A DNA stretch of 34,802 nucleotides from a virus (taxonomy: Duplodnaviria; Caudoviricetes). A program made the position numbers and the translations under genes. The notes beneath the pieces are model-generated. The model ran no database searches. It worked only from the letters and a program-made list of their open reading frames with translations, and was not told the DNA's origin. The stretch covers positions 1-34,802 of the IMG/VR virus record IMGVR_UViG_3300048576_000499; one strand, written 5' to 3'. This document shows, piece by piece, positions 8,571-17,287 of this stretch (the stretch's first letter is position 1; each line of letters begins with the position of its first letter).

Positions 8571-8905
8571 GCCCCCAGGCCCACGGCCAGCATCGCGCAG
8601 CCGACGATCACGGCTCGGCGCAGCATGGCGGCGGAGAAGGCAATCTGCTGGGCCGGCGGGACCGCTCTGTCAGGTACGTAGGGACTGCCGGGGGAGAACG
8701 GCCGCGACATGAATTCGTCCGGCCGGGCATAGGGAAACAGGGAGCGATCCAGCCAGTAGCCGGATACCGCCGCCATAGTGACCAGCGACAGCTTGTACAG
8801 GCTGACGGGGAGCTGCTGTGGATAGAACAGGCCGATGAAGGCCAGCAGCAGGACGTTGGCGATCAGCCACCAGAAAAGGCGGGGGAGCCGGCGAGGACAC
8901 TTCAT
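8567..8905 (-). CDS. Putative holin
   Basis: Two to three TM helices; LYKLSLVT..GYWLDRSLFPYARP, AAMLRRAVIV; first gene of the lysis cassette with a GGAGG SD. Confidence 0.85.
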   Translation of the reverse strand: MKCPRRLPRLFWWLIANVLLLAFIGLFYPQQLPVSLYKLSLVTMAAVSGYWLDRSLFPYARPDEFMSRPFSPGSPYVPDRAVPPAQQIAFSAAMLRRAVIVGCAMLAVGLGA

Positions 8906-8908
8906 GAG

Positions 8909-8950
8909 GTAACCTCCGATTGTTCATGAGAAATGACAATCGGAGGTTAC
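8909..8950 (-). promoter_or_regulatory. 15-bp perfect inverted repeat covering the holin SD and the late -10 element
   Basis: GTAACCTCCGATTGT (8909-8923) / ACAATCGGAGGTTAC (8936-8950), 12-nt loop. Confidence 0.8.
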
Positions 8951-8991
8951 GCGCGCGCGCGAAGCGGGGTCAGGTGGGAAATGTTTCCTGC
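8944..8991 (-). promoter_or_regulatory. Leftward activator-dependent late promoter (box 8977-8988, -10 TAACCT)
   Basis: GGAAACATTTCC on the minus strand, 27-bp spacer, TAACCT; 20/21 identity with 24721-24741. Confidence 0.75.
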
Positions 8992-9058
8992 TGTTCAGTC
9001 AGGAAACTCAAGGGTTTAATGCTTCGACCGCAAACAACCGGAGGCACGCATGAATCCG

Positions 9059-9541
9059 CTACTGCCTTGCCCGCTCGGCTTCAAAAAAATGCTTGCAATG
9101 GGGGCACATGGCGACCGGCCCATCGGCGGCGTCGAGGTAAAGTTGCAGAACCATCTTACGGCCAGCGTCGAAGCACGGTTGACACAAGTAATGCATCGGT
9201 TCGTCTGCGCCTGGTACGAAGGGAGCCTCCCCTGTGCCACCGACTTTCAGGCGATACGCGAACTTGCCGGCACCGATCTCGAACAGCGCGTATCGGCTGC
9301 GCTCGTTCAAAGCATCCTTCATTTTTCGCAGTTCGTTACACGCGTCGGCATACTTGCCGTGAAGTTCGAGCAGGGAAGCATTGTGAGCGAAGAGAGCATC
9401 TTGAGCCTTGAGCAGTTCGCCGTTCATCTTGGTGAGCTCGCCAACCATCTGATTCCAGTCTCTCAGTTCAATGGCAGCGGTGCCAATGTCTTTGGCAGCG
9501 CGCAGGGAAGTGACGGCAGCGCTGATCAGTGAAAAGTCCAT
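9059..9541 (-). CDS. Hypothetical protein: coiled coil plus C-terminal Zn ribbon
   Basis: CQPC...CPHC motifs; GGGGAGA SD; co-oriented with the repressor. Confidence 0.75.
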   Translation of the reverse strand: MDFSLISAAVTSLRAAKDIGTAAIELRDWNQMVGELTKMNGELLKAQDALFAHNASLLELHGKYADACNELRKMKDALNERSRYALFEIGAGKFAYRLKVGGTGEAPFVPGADEPMHYLCQPCFDAGRKMVLQLYLDAADGPVAMCPHCKHFFEAERARQ

Positions 9542-9572
9542 TTCTCCCCTTTCTCAGTTCCGGTTTATTTTT

Positions 9573-9995
9573 TCACGCTCTTAAGGCGCCGAACTTGCCG
9601 AAGACTCCCCAAAAAACCATGGCAAAGACTACTAAAACACCGATGTAGCAAATCACCATGGCAAGCCAGAAATTTAGTAGCTGACGACGCGCCCGCCAGA
9701 ATAACAAAAACCAAAATCGCGGGCCGGTCACAGCCGCCTCACGTAGTCCAGCTTTCACGTTACGCACCTCGTCATTCGCGAGGTTTGCATTGATAAATTC
9801 AATGATGTTGGCTGAGAAAGCAAACGCAAATATCGCTGCGACGCAAAACCAAGCCGCTATGTCCGAAAAGGAGTGGGAGTCGAAGTTTTGAAGCTTTGGT
9901 AAAAAGACACATGGGCTTAGCAAAATGATCTGTGCCGGAAGATTCCGAACGAATGTCAGAAATGCGTCTCTGCCTTCTTTGGAAAAAAGAAACAT
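9573..9995 (-). CDS. Low-GC membrane protein (about 3 TM)
   Basis: Hydrophobic Phe-rich segments; GAGGT SD; AT-rich codon use. Confidence 0.7.
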   Translation of the reverse strand: MFLFSKEGRDAFLTFVRNLPAQIILLSPCVFLPKLQNFDSHSFSDIAAWFCVAAIFAFAFSANIIEFINANLANDEVRNVKAGLREAAVTGPRFWFLLFWRARRQLLNFWLAMVICYIGVLVVFAMVFWGVFGKFGALRA

Positions 9996-10002
9996 TCTTA
10001 CC

Positions 10003-10242
10003 TCAATGGCTCTCTGCCTTTAGTTGTAGTTTGGAAAACTCTGTCCTGGTCAGCGAGTACAACCGACAATCAAAGCTCGCCTGCTCGCAAGGGCATGGCA
10101 CATTCCCGGCACTGGAGATAAGGCTGTCCCCATTGCTGCATGGACCACGACGCATCCAGAAAGGACGTAGCGCAGCCAGCTTCAACATCTGTGCTTTGCG
10201 GGAATCCAGCGACGCAACGGACACGGCATGTTCGTCCGACAT
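10003..10242 (-). CDS. Small Cys-containing hypothetical protein
   Basis: ATG overlaps the repressor stop (TAATG) and the ORF fills the gap to the next gene. Confidence 0.45.
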   Translation of the reverse strand: MSDEHAVSVASLDSRKAQMLKLAALRPFWMRRGPCSNGDSLISSAGNVPCPCEQASFDCRLYSLTRTEFSKLQLKAESH

Positions 10243-10613
10243 TACTTTCCCTTTTCGGCCGATTTGGTGGGTGGAATCGCCAGCACCATTTCCCCGGACA
10301 ACAACAGCGCAATCTCCAGTAGGCGCTGTTGATCTCTGTCTTTTAGCTTACGAAAGCACTGCAACAGGCTAGCTTCGCGGCTATCCGAGGTCTCCATTTT
10401 GTTGCTGGAGCCGGTGACGATCCAATCAGGGTCAAGCCCTAGTTCAGGGCGCTGTGCAGCTAGCGCAAAAACTTCCTTGATCGGAAAGTTCCCACGCTTC
10501 TTGCGCATATTCAGCGCTGATGCGGACATTCCTAGGAATGCCGCCACCTCCTTGTCTTCTTTTACTTTGAGCTGTTGCTTGAGCCGCAGCGCGGCCTCTT
10601 CAAAAAAGTCCAT
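10242..10613 (-). CDS. Prophage repressor (CI-like HTH)
   Basis: RLKQQL...DKEVAAFLGMSASALNMRKKRGNFP...DPDWIVTG; divergent from ner. Confidence 0.85.
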   Translation of the reverse strand: MDFFEEAALRLKQQLKVKEDKEVAAFLGMSASALNMRKKRGNFPIKEVFALAAQRPELGLDPDWIVTGSSNKMETSDSREASLLQCFRKLKDRDQQRLLEIALLLSGEMVLAIPPTKSAEKGK

Positions 10614-10621
10614 AGCGACCC

Positions 10622-10673
10622 TTGACGATAGGTGAGAACGATGATTTAATCATCGTAAGTTGATTAAATCATC
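10622..10673 (+). promoter_or_regulatory. Early promoter and palindromic operators of the lysis-lysogeny switch
   Basis: TTGACG(10622)-N17-TTTAAT(10645); palindrome ACGATGATT-T-AATCATCGT (10638-10656) and TGATT-A-AATCA (10661-10671). Confidence 0.75.
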
Positions 10674-10702
10674 TTCCACAGACAAAGCGAGGTAACAACG
10701 CC

Positions 10703-10882
10703 ATGACTGCAGACCAAGTTAAAGCCAAGTTCAAGCGCGAAGGGCGAACCATTACCCAATGGGCAAAAGAACGCGGCTACAAACGTCATACCGTGTATCT
10801 GGTGCTCAACGGGCAGATGAAGGGCCTGTACGGCAAGGGGCACGAAATCGCCGTTGCGCTCGGCATGAAGCAAGCCGCCTGA
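10703..10882 (+). CDS. Ner/Cro-like DNA-binding protein (BcepMu gp16 type), 59 aa, absent from the ORF track
   Basis: Translated by hand: MTADQVKAKFKREGRTITQWAKERGYKRHTVYLVLNGQMKGLYGKGHEIAVALGMKQAA; GAGGT SD. Confidence 0.88.
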   Translation: MTADQVKAKFKREGRTITQWAKERGYKRHTVYLVLNGQMKGLYGKGHEIAVALGMKQAA

Positions 10883-10903
10883 TTGTAGCGGAGCGGCACG
10901 ATC

Positions 10904-11134
10904 ATGACCATCAACAACATGCAGGCCAAGCTCACGCGCTGTCGCCACGGCCGGCCTCTGATCGTTCTCGATTCCGAGCCGTTCAACGGCGTGGAACTCC
11001 GCCCGCTTGAATTGATTGCCCTGGCCGAACGTCTGCAGGTCCTCGCACACATGGCCGTCGAGCACACCGCACACCCGCGCTATGTCGGTGACAAGCGCGT
11101 TTCCATGGAGATTACAGATGGCACGAAGAATTAA
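10904..11134 (+). CDS. Hypothetical early protein
   Basis: GGAG SD; position in the early operon. Confidence 0.65.
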   Translation: MTINNMQAKLTRCRHGRPLIVLDSEPFNGVELRPLELIALAERLQVLAHMAVEHTAHPRYVGDKRVSMEITDGTKN

Positions 11135-12392
11135 GACCGACGAAGAACTGCTTGACATGCTTCCTAAGAAAAACGGCAAAGATCAAGGCAGTGAAATCGA
11201 TCTATTGGGCATTGGAGAAGTCGCTACGCCCGAGCCGACGTTTGCAGAACATCTCTACGCTCAACGCATCGCAGCCGGACAGACACCCGAGTTGGACAAG
11301 ACCGACCCCGTCTACTCGGCTGGAACGCAAACTGCTGTTGCTCGCTTGCGGTCCGATACAAAGCCCCAAATGCCTGTAGCGGGCGAACTTGTTGAGTCGG
11401 ATGGCCGTGATCTGGTTAATCAGTTGATCGGTCAGATTCAGATGGCGAATTCTTTCGCCCGTTTTGCCGACGTCGTGAGTTTGCAAAAACTGCTGCACAT
11501 CAAAGAAACAAAGGCTTACAAGCATATTGCCGATGTAAAGCTGCTTCTTCCAGACGGAAAAGTAACGACGGTCGGGACTTGGGAGGGTTTTTGCCAAGCG
11601 CTCGGAATGTCCGTCAGCAAGGTTGACGAAGACCTGATTAACCTGCGCGCCTTTGGCGAACAGGCTTTGGAAAACCTGACGCGGATTGGTGCTGGATACC
11701 GCGAGCTGCGCCAATGGCGCAAGCTCCCGGCCGACCAGCGCGAAGCCCTGGCGCAGATCGCGCAGACGGGCAGCAAGGATGACGTCCTCGAAGCCGCCTA
11801 TGACGCCATCGAGAAGGAGCGCCAAGCCAGGGGCGAGCTGGAAACCAGGAACGCCGAGTTGTCCGAGGACTTGAAAGCCGCCGAGCGGCGCGGCAAGAAC
11901 CTCGACGCCGAGATCGAGCGGAAGGACAGCCAGATCAAGCGCCTCACGTCGGCCAAGGCGCGCTGCACCGACTTCCTGGAACGTACCGAGGACATCCGCA
12001 GCGAGAGCATGGCGCTGCAGGCCGAGGCCGAACTGCCCATCGTCGCTTTGAAGAAGCTGTTCGACGAGATCAACGCCGAGTCCGCGAGCATCCCCGAGCA
12101 TCGCCTGCAGATCGAACAGGTATGGATCACGGCCAATGTCATCGCGGCCCGCGCCGTCGAACTGATCGACTACATGCGCGACAACGCCGTGCTGACTGAT
12201 CCGCTGCCCGACCACATCGGCGGCATGCACATCCTGACGCCGGAAGAGGCGCGGCGCTGGCTGCTCGACTTTCCGATGATCGAGAACCGCCACGCCGCCG
12301 AGGCCGCCAATCGACAGGAGAAACGCGACGCCGCCAAGCCCAGGGGACCGGGCCGGCCGAAGGGTGCCGCGAACAAGGGCGCCGGGGAGTAG
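11118..12392 (+). CDS. DUF3102-like coiled-coil early protein
   Basis: LLHIKETKAYK...TWEGFCQALGMS..KVDEDL.NLRAFG...IGAGYRELR; ATG 11118 with GGAG SD; directly upstream of the transposase. Confidence 0.75.
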   Translation: MARRIKTDEELLDMLPKKNGKDQGSEIDLLGIGEVATPEPTFAEHLYAQRIAAGQTPELDKTDPVYSAGTQTAVARLRSDTKPQMPVAGELVESDGRDLVNQLIGQIQMANSFARFADVVSLQKLLHIKETKAYKHIADVKLLLPDGKVTTVGTWEGFCQALGMSVSKVDEDLINLRAFGEQALENLTRIGAGYRELRQWRKLPADQREALAQIAQTGSKDDVLEAAYDAIEKERQARGELETRNAELSEDLKAAERRGKNLDAEIERKDSQIKRLTSAKARCTDFLERTEDIRSESMALQAEAELPIVALKKLFDEINAESASIPEHRLQIEQVWITANVIAARAVELIDYMRDNAVLTDPLPDHIGGMHILTPEEARRWLLDFPMIENRHAAEAANRQEKRDAAKPRGPGRPKGAANKGAGE

Positions 12393-12395
12393 GCC

Positions 12396-14057
12396 ATGCG
12401 AGGCGCACAGATGGTCAAGTACATCGAGCCCACCGCCGGCGGGCCGGCGGTGGTGTTGCCCACGGCCAAGGTGCTGGCGCTGCGCAACCGCGATCCCTGG
12501 CGCGAGGCGTCGGACCGGGCGCGCCAGGTGGCGACCTGGCGGGAAACGGTGGTGCTCTACGTCAGGACGCTGACCGATGAGGGCGTGACACAGAACAACG
12601 CCGTGGCGCTGCTGCTGGAACGCGGCGTCGCGGGGCATCTGCCCCCGCACTTCGCCGTCGCGCTGGCCGGCGCCGCCAAAGCGGGCCGCTCGACGCCTTC
12701 CCGGTCGGCCATCTGCGAGTGGTGCGCCCAGTACCGCGAAGGCGGCATCGCCGCGCTGCTGCCCGACCACAAGGGCCGCGTCGTCGAGGCGGCCGGCTGG
12801 TGGGGGCCGGCCCTCGAATACTTCAACGTGCCGTCGCAGCCGGACATGTCGGCGGTGTATCGCAAACTGGTCGAGGTCGATCACTTCGCTATCAGCTACG
12901 ACCAGGTGCGCAACTATCTGATAGGAGTTCCCGCGATGCTCGGACGCAACAGCCCGGCCCGGATCGGCAAGAACCTCTACAAGCTGACCGAGAAGGCTTA
13001 CATCAAACGCAGCACCGAAAACGCCCTGCCGGGCGACGTGTATGTCGCGGACGGCTACCGCGCCGACGTGTATCTGGCGCACCCGGTCACCGGCGACATC
13101 TGGCGGCCGGAACTCACGGTCGCCATGGACATGCGCAGCCGCTACCCGGTGCACTGGCGCGCGGACGAACACGAAGGCACGTATGCCGTGCAGAACATGT
13201 GGGCCGAGTGCTTCGCCAAGTGGAACCACGTGCCGCCCTTCCTCTATGTCGACAACGGCTCCGGCCACAAGAACCGGCTGATGAGCGACGACATGATCGG
13301 CTTCTACGCCCGCGCCGGCATCCAGCAGACGATCCACGCCATCCCCGGCAACCCGCACGGCAAGGGCTGGATCGAGCGTTTCTTCCGCTCGATGAAGGAT
13401 GACTTCCTCAAGCTCTGGCACCCGGAACTGTACTGCGGCGACGACATGGCGCCCGAGGCGCTGAACCGCACGGTGGCGGACGTGAAGGCCGGGCGGCTGC
13501 AACTGCCTTCCCTGCGCGAGTTCGCCGATGCCTTCAACGCCTGGATCGAGCGCTACACGCAGCGTCCGCATCCGGAAGACAAGCGCGTCACGCGCGCCGA
13601 ACTGTGGTCGCGGCTGGTGCCGATCCCGCCGGCCGGCAATGTGACGGAACTCAAGCGCCAGGCGGTGCTGCTCACGGTCGGCCGGGCCATGGTGCGGCAT
13701 GGCAAGCGCATCTACAAGCATCCGGAACTGCACGCCTTCAACGGGCAGAAGCTGATGCTCGAATACGACCTGATGGACAACGCGGTCGGCGTCATACGTA
13801 CCACGGACGGCCGGTGGATTTGCGATGCGCACCTGGTCAGCGAGATCGACGCCATCGCGCCGACCCGCCTGGAAGAAAAGCGCCAGGCCCGCGTCGAGGA
13901 TGCCATCAAGCGCCTGGAACGCAAGATGGACGAACAGAAGGCCCGCGCCGGCCTGGTCATCGACGCCGACGCGGTGGCCGATGGGGCCGTCATCGAAGGC
14001 CAGTCCACCCGCCTGCTGCCCGATGACGGCGGCGATGAAATCAATATTTTCGAGTGA
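12396..14057 (+). CDS. Mu-like DDE transposase (A protein)
   Basis: Catalytic motifs YVADGY, YVDNGSG and KGWIERFF; Mu-transposase C-terminal region. Confidence 0.93.
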   Translation: MRGAQMVKYIEPTAGGPAVVLPTAKVLALRNRDPWREASDRARQVATWRETVVLYVRTLTDEGVTQNNAVALLLERGVAGHLPPHFAVALAGAAKAGRSTPSRSAICEWCAQYREGGIAALLPDHKGRVVEAAGWWGPALEYFNVPSQPDMSAVYRKLVEVDHFAISYDQVRNYLIGVPAMLGRNSPARIGKNLYKLTEKAYIKRSTENALPGDVYVADGYRADVYLAHPVTGDIWRPELTVAMDMRSRYPVHWRADEHEGTYAVQNMWAECFAKWNHVPPFLYVDNGSGHKNRLMSDDMIGFYARAGIQQTIHAIPGNPHGKGWIERFFRSMKDDFLKLWHPELYCGDDMAPEALNRTVADVKAGRLQLPSLREFADAFNAWIERYTQRPHPEDKRVTRAELWSRLVPIPPAGNVTELKRQAVLLTVGRAMVRHGKRIYKHPELHAFNGQKLMLEYDLMDNAVGVIRTTDGRWICDAHLVSEIDAIAPTRLEEKRQARVEDAIKRLERKMDEQKARAGLVIDADAVADGAVIEGQSTRLLPDDGGDEINIFE

Positions 14058-14065
14058 GGGAAATC

Positions 14066-15010
14066 ATGACCGAAACCGTTCAGTGGCCCACGCACTACAG
14101 CTCGGCCGACATCGCTCAAATTCAGGCCGTACAGGCCTGGATTGACGCCCGCAGCTACACCCAGGCCGCTCTGGCGCGCCTGGCGCGCATCTCGGCGAGC
14201 AGCCTGAACCAGATTCTCAAGGGCACCTACGTCACCAGCCCGAGCAAGCTGCTGGCCTCGGTCGAGTCGGCCATGCGCCACGCCGACGAGGCCAGCGGCC
14301 ACGCCGTGGCGCCAGTCGAGACCAGTGTCTTCCGGCTGGTGAACATCGCCTGCGACATGGCGCGGCGGTACCGCAACTTCGCGGTGGCCACCGGCTACGT
14401 CGGCACCGGCAAAACGTTCGCCCTGAAGCACTACGCGGCGACGCATCCCAACACCTACTTCATCGAAGCGGCGCCGACGATGACCCAGGCCAGCCTGACC
14501 AAGAACCTTTACCGCATCGTGGTCGGCCCCGGCAAGGGCAGCATCGCCGACAAGTTCGACGAGCTGGTCCGCAGCCTGAAAAACACCGACAGCCTGGTCA
14601 TCGTCGACGAGGCCGAGACGTTGACGCCGAATCAGTTGCACACGATCCGTCGCATCCGCGACCTGGCGAACGTCGGCATCGTCCTGACCGGGACCGAGCA
14701 TCTTTCCGGCCTGATCAGGCCGGAACACGGGCAGTTCGACCAGATTCGCAGCCGCGCCGGCTTCTGGCCGGAGACGGTACGCGGCATCACGGCCGAGGAT
14801 GCCGCCGCGCTGGTGCAGTCGGCTTTCGGCGCCGAGGAAGTCGCCGAGGACGTGATCGCCCGGCTCTATGCGTACTGCAAGGGCAGCGCCCGGATGCTGG
14901 TCGAGGGGCTGATCGCCGGCATCAAGGAGTTCCGCCGCAACCGGCCGTTGGACGTGAAGCTGGTCGACGCGGTGGCCAAACAGGCGTTGTGCCTGCAATC
15001 CCTGGCATAG
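14066..15010 (+). CDS. Transposition AAA+ ATPase (B protein)
   Basis: N-terminal HTH, Walker A GYVGTGKT, Walker B VIVDEAE. Confidence 0.92.
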   Translation: MTETVQWPTHYSSADIAQIQAVQAWIDARSYTQAALARLARISASSLNQILKGTYVTSPSKLLASVESAMRHADEASGHAVAPVETSVFRLVNIACDMARRYRNFAVATGYVGTGKTFALKHYAATHPNTYFIEAAPTMTQASLTKNLYRIVVGPGKGSIADKFDELVRSLKNTDSLVIVDEAETLTPNQLHTIRRIRDLANVGIVLTGTEHLSGLIRPEHGQFDQIRSRAGFWPETVRGITAEDAAALVQSAFGAEEVAEDVIARLYAYCKGSARMLVEGLIAGIKEFRRNRPLDVKLVDAVAKQALCLQSLA

Positions 15011-15019
15011 GAGGCCTCC

Positions 15020-15244
15020 ATGGAGAACGTCTTCCGCATCGACCCGCGCCCGCGCGTGCTGCACGCGGCCTTCGTCCGCCAGCTCGCCGAGGCCAACCGC
15101 GCGGTGCGCCAGTTGCGCACGCTCGGCTGCCGCGTGCTTAGCCAGCACGTCCTCGGACATGGCGCCGAGATCATCATCGACCGCAATCCGCATCGCACCT
15201 TGGTCGATTGCCCCAGCGTGCATATCACCGTGAGCCGCGTATGA
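15020..15244 (+). CDS. Hypothetical protein
   Basis: AGGAGG SD; stop overlaps the next start. Confidence 0.7.
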   Translation: MENVFRIDPRPRVLHAAFVRQLAEANRAVRQLRTLGCRVLSQHVLGHGAEIIIDRNPHRTLVDCPSVHITVSRV

Positions 15245-15807
15245 AGCTCGTCTGTCCGTCCTGCGGCTTCTTCGCCTCGCCCGAAGCCTTCCTGGCCGAT
15301 GCGGACGAGCAGCGCGCCCTGCTGCTGGCCTTCAAGGTGCCGTCGCCACTGGCGGCCTCGCTGCACCAATACCTGCGGCTGTTCCGCCCGGCGCAGCGGG
15401 CGCTGACGGCGCGGCGCATCGAGACGCTGCTCGGCGAGCTGCTGCCGATGATCGAAGCGTGCCGCATCGAGCGGCGCGGGCGCATCTGGCCGGCGCCGGT
15501 CGAGGCATGGCGGACGGCGCTAGAAGAGATCGTCGGCAAGCGCGACCGCCTGACGCTGCCGTTGAAGAGTCACGGCTACCTGCTGGAAATCCTGGTCGGC
15601 CACGCCGACCGGGCCGAGGGCACGGCCGAGGCCAAGCGCGAAGAGGCGCGGGCCTACCCGTACAGCCAAGAACGTTCCAGCGCGCCAGCCGCCCCCGCAG
15701 CCGAGTTTGCGAATTTGCGCAAACTGGAAAAAACCCCGATGCCCGAGTCGGTCAGCCGCCAGTTGGCTGGCCTGGGCATGTCGATCAAACGTCACACCCC
15801 GAACTGA
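15241..15807 (+). CDS. Conserved Mu-like phage hypothetical protein (N-terminal CxxC)
   Basis: MKLVCPSCG...YLRLFRP...LTLPLKSHGYLLEI; ATGA coupling. Confidence 0.75.
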   Translation: MKLVCPSCGFFASPEAFLADADEQRALLLAFKVPSPLAASLHQYLRLFRPAQRALTARRIETLLGELLPMIEACRIERRGRIWPAPVEAWRTALEEIVGKRDRLTLPLKSHGYLLEILVGHADRAEGTAEAKREEARAYPYSQERSSAPAAPAAEFANLRKLEKTPMPESVSRQLAGLGMSIKRHTPN

Positions 15808-15820
15808 AAGGAAGATGCAC

Positions 15821-16333
15821 ATGGCAAAACAGAAAGCAAAAGCGGCGACCTTCGTCTGCCAGAGCAAGGATCAGGCGATAGAATCCATCCGCGCCCTGGG
15901 GGACGCCCAGCGCGAACTGACGCGGCTGGAAACCGAGATCAATGACCGGATCGCCGAAATCACGGCCGCACGCAAAGGCGAGATCGACGCGCTCCGGACG
16001 CGCGTCGAAACGCTGACGAACGGCATTCACACGTGGTGTGAAGCGCACCGTGCCGAACTGTGTGCGGGCGGTGGCAAAACGGCCAACCTGATCACCGGCG
16101 AAGTGGCATGGCGGCAGCGTCCGCCCAGCGTCAGCATCCGCGCCGTGGACAAGGTGCTGGAAACCCTGCGCGCCCTGGGGCTGTCGCGCTTCATCCGCAC
16201 CAAGGATGAACCGAACAAGGAAGCCATGCTGGCGGAGCCCAAGGCCGTGGCCGGCATCGCCGGTATCACCATCGTGACGGGCGTCGAGGATTTCATCGTC
16301 CAGCCGTTCGAAATCGACGTGGCGGAGGCGTGA
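15821..16333 (+). CDS. gam: Host-nuclease inhibitor Gam
   Basis: WCEAHRAEL..GGKTANLITGEVAWRQRPPSV, EPNKEAML, GVEDF..QPFE. Confidence 0.92.
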   Translation: MAKQKAKAATFVCQSKDQAIESIRALGDAQRELTRLETEINDRIAEITAARKGEIDALRTRVETLTNGIHTWCEAHRAELCAGGGKTANLITGEVAWRQRPPSVSIRAVDKVLETLRALGLSRFIRTKDEPNKEAMLAEPKAVAGIAGITIVTGVEDFIVQPFEIDVAEA

Positions 16334-16334
16334 C

Positions 16335-16586
16335 ATGGTACTAACGACGTGCCGCCCGAATATACCGGGGTGGTACTGGTACACGCTCCCGGGATCATGG
16401 CCGCTGCAGCCCGTCCTCGTCTTCGACGGCGGCGCAGGGTTCGGGCTGATGTACACGCTTGAGCAGATCGACTTCGACCATGACGATTTCGACCGGGATG
16501 GCCTGGAGATGGCCCATGCCAGTGAAAAGGCATTGTGGAGCGACGAGCCCATCCATATGCCGTTGGATGCCTGGGAGGGATCATGA
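16335..16586 (+). CDS. Hypothetical acidic protein
   Basis: P..PGWYWY motif; tightly packed between neighbours. Confidence 0.65.
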   Translation: MVLTTCRPNIPGWYWYTLPGSWPLQPVLVFDGGAGFGLMYTLEQIDFDHDDFDRDGLEMAHASEKALWSDEPIHMPLDAWEGS

Positions 16587-17287
16587 GCGACCACGCCAAA
16601 ATTCTCGACAAGATCAAGAAATGCCTGGCCTTGTCCGCCAGCAGCAATGAGCACGAGGCCGAGGCCGCCCTGCGCCAAGCCCGCAAGCTGATGGAAGCAC
16701 ACGGCGTCACCGACCTGGACATCCAGGCCGTCGACGCCGAAGAGCGCCGGGCGAAGGCCGGGGCCAAGTCCCACCCCGCCAACTGGGAAACCATGCTGGC
16801 CGTGAAGGTCGGCGATGCCTTCGGCTGCCGGGTGATTTTCTCAAGCGGTTTCTGGAACCTGCCGGGTACATGGTGCTTCATTGGCTGTGGCGCGGCGCCG
16901 GAGGTTGCCCACTACGCCTTCGCGGTCCTGCACCGCCAGGCCAAGCGGGCACGTGAGGAACACATCAAGGCCAAACTCAAACGGTGCAAGGTGGCCACCA
17001 AGACGCGCCGCGCCGATCTGTTCAGCGAGGGCTGGGTACTGTCGGTGACGGCCACCATCAACGCCTTCGCCGGTACCGACGAACAGACGACCGCCATCGA
17101 CGCCTACATGGCCAAGAACTACCCGAGCCTGCGCAACGTGCAAGCTCGCAATCGTAACGACGGCCGCAAGCTCCGTGACCACGAATACGGCGACTACGCC
17201 GCCGGTGGCCGCTCCGGACGCGATGCCCAGCTCAATCGCGGCGTCGGCGGCGCCGATCAGCAATTGGCCCTGGGAGGTGGCGTATGA
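16583..17287 (+). CDS. DUF2786-domain protein
   Basis: ILDKIKKCLALSASSNEHEAEAALRQARKLM signature. Confidence 0.85.
   Translation: MSDHAKILDKIKKCLALSASSNEHEAEAALRQARKLMEAHGVTDLDIQAVDAEERRAKAGAKSHPANWETMLAVKVGDAFGCRVIFSSGFWNLPGTWCFIGCGAAPEVAHYAFAVLHRQAKRAREEHIKAKLKRCKVATKTRRADLFSEGWVLSVTATINAFAGTDEQTTAIDAYMAKNYPSLRNVQARNRNDGRKLRDHEYGDYAAGGRSGRDAQLNRGVGGADQQLALGGGV

Noticed and set aside
9050-9532. 160-aa plus-strand ORF
   Set aside because: Antisense overlap of 9059-9541, which has the SD, operon context and Zn-ribbon motif.
11202-13832. 876-aa minus-strand ORF
   Set aside because: Antisense shadow of the GC-rich DUF3102-like and transposase genes; no recognisable motifs.
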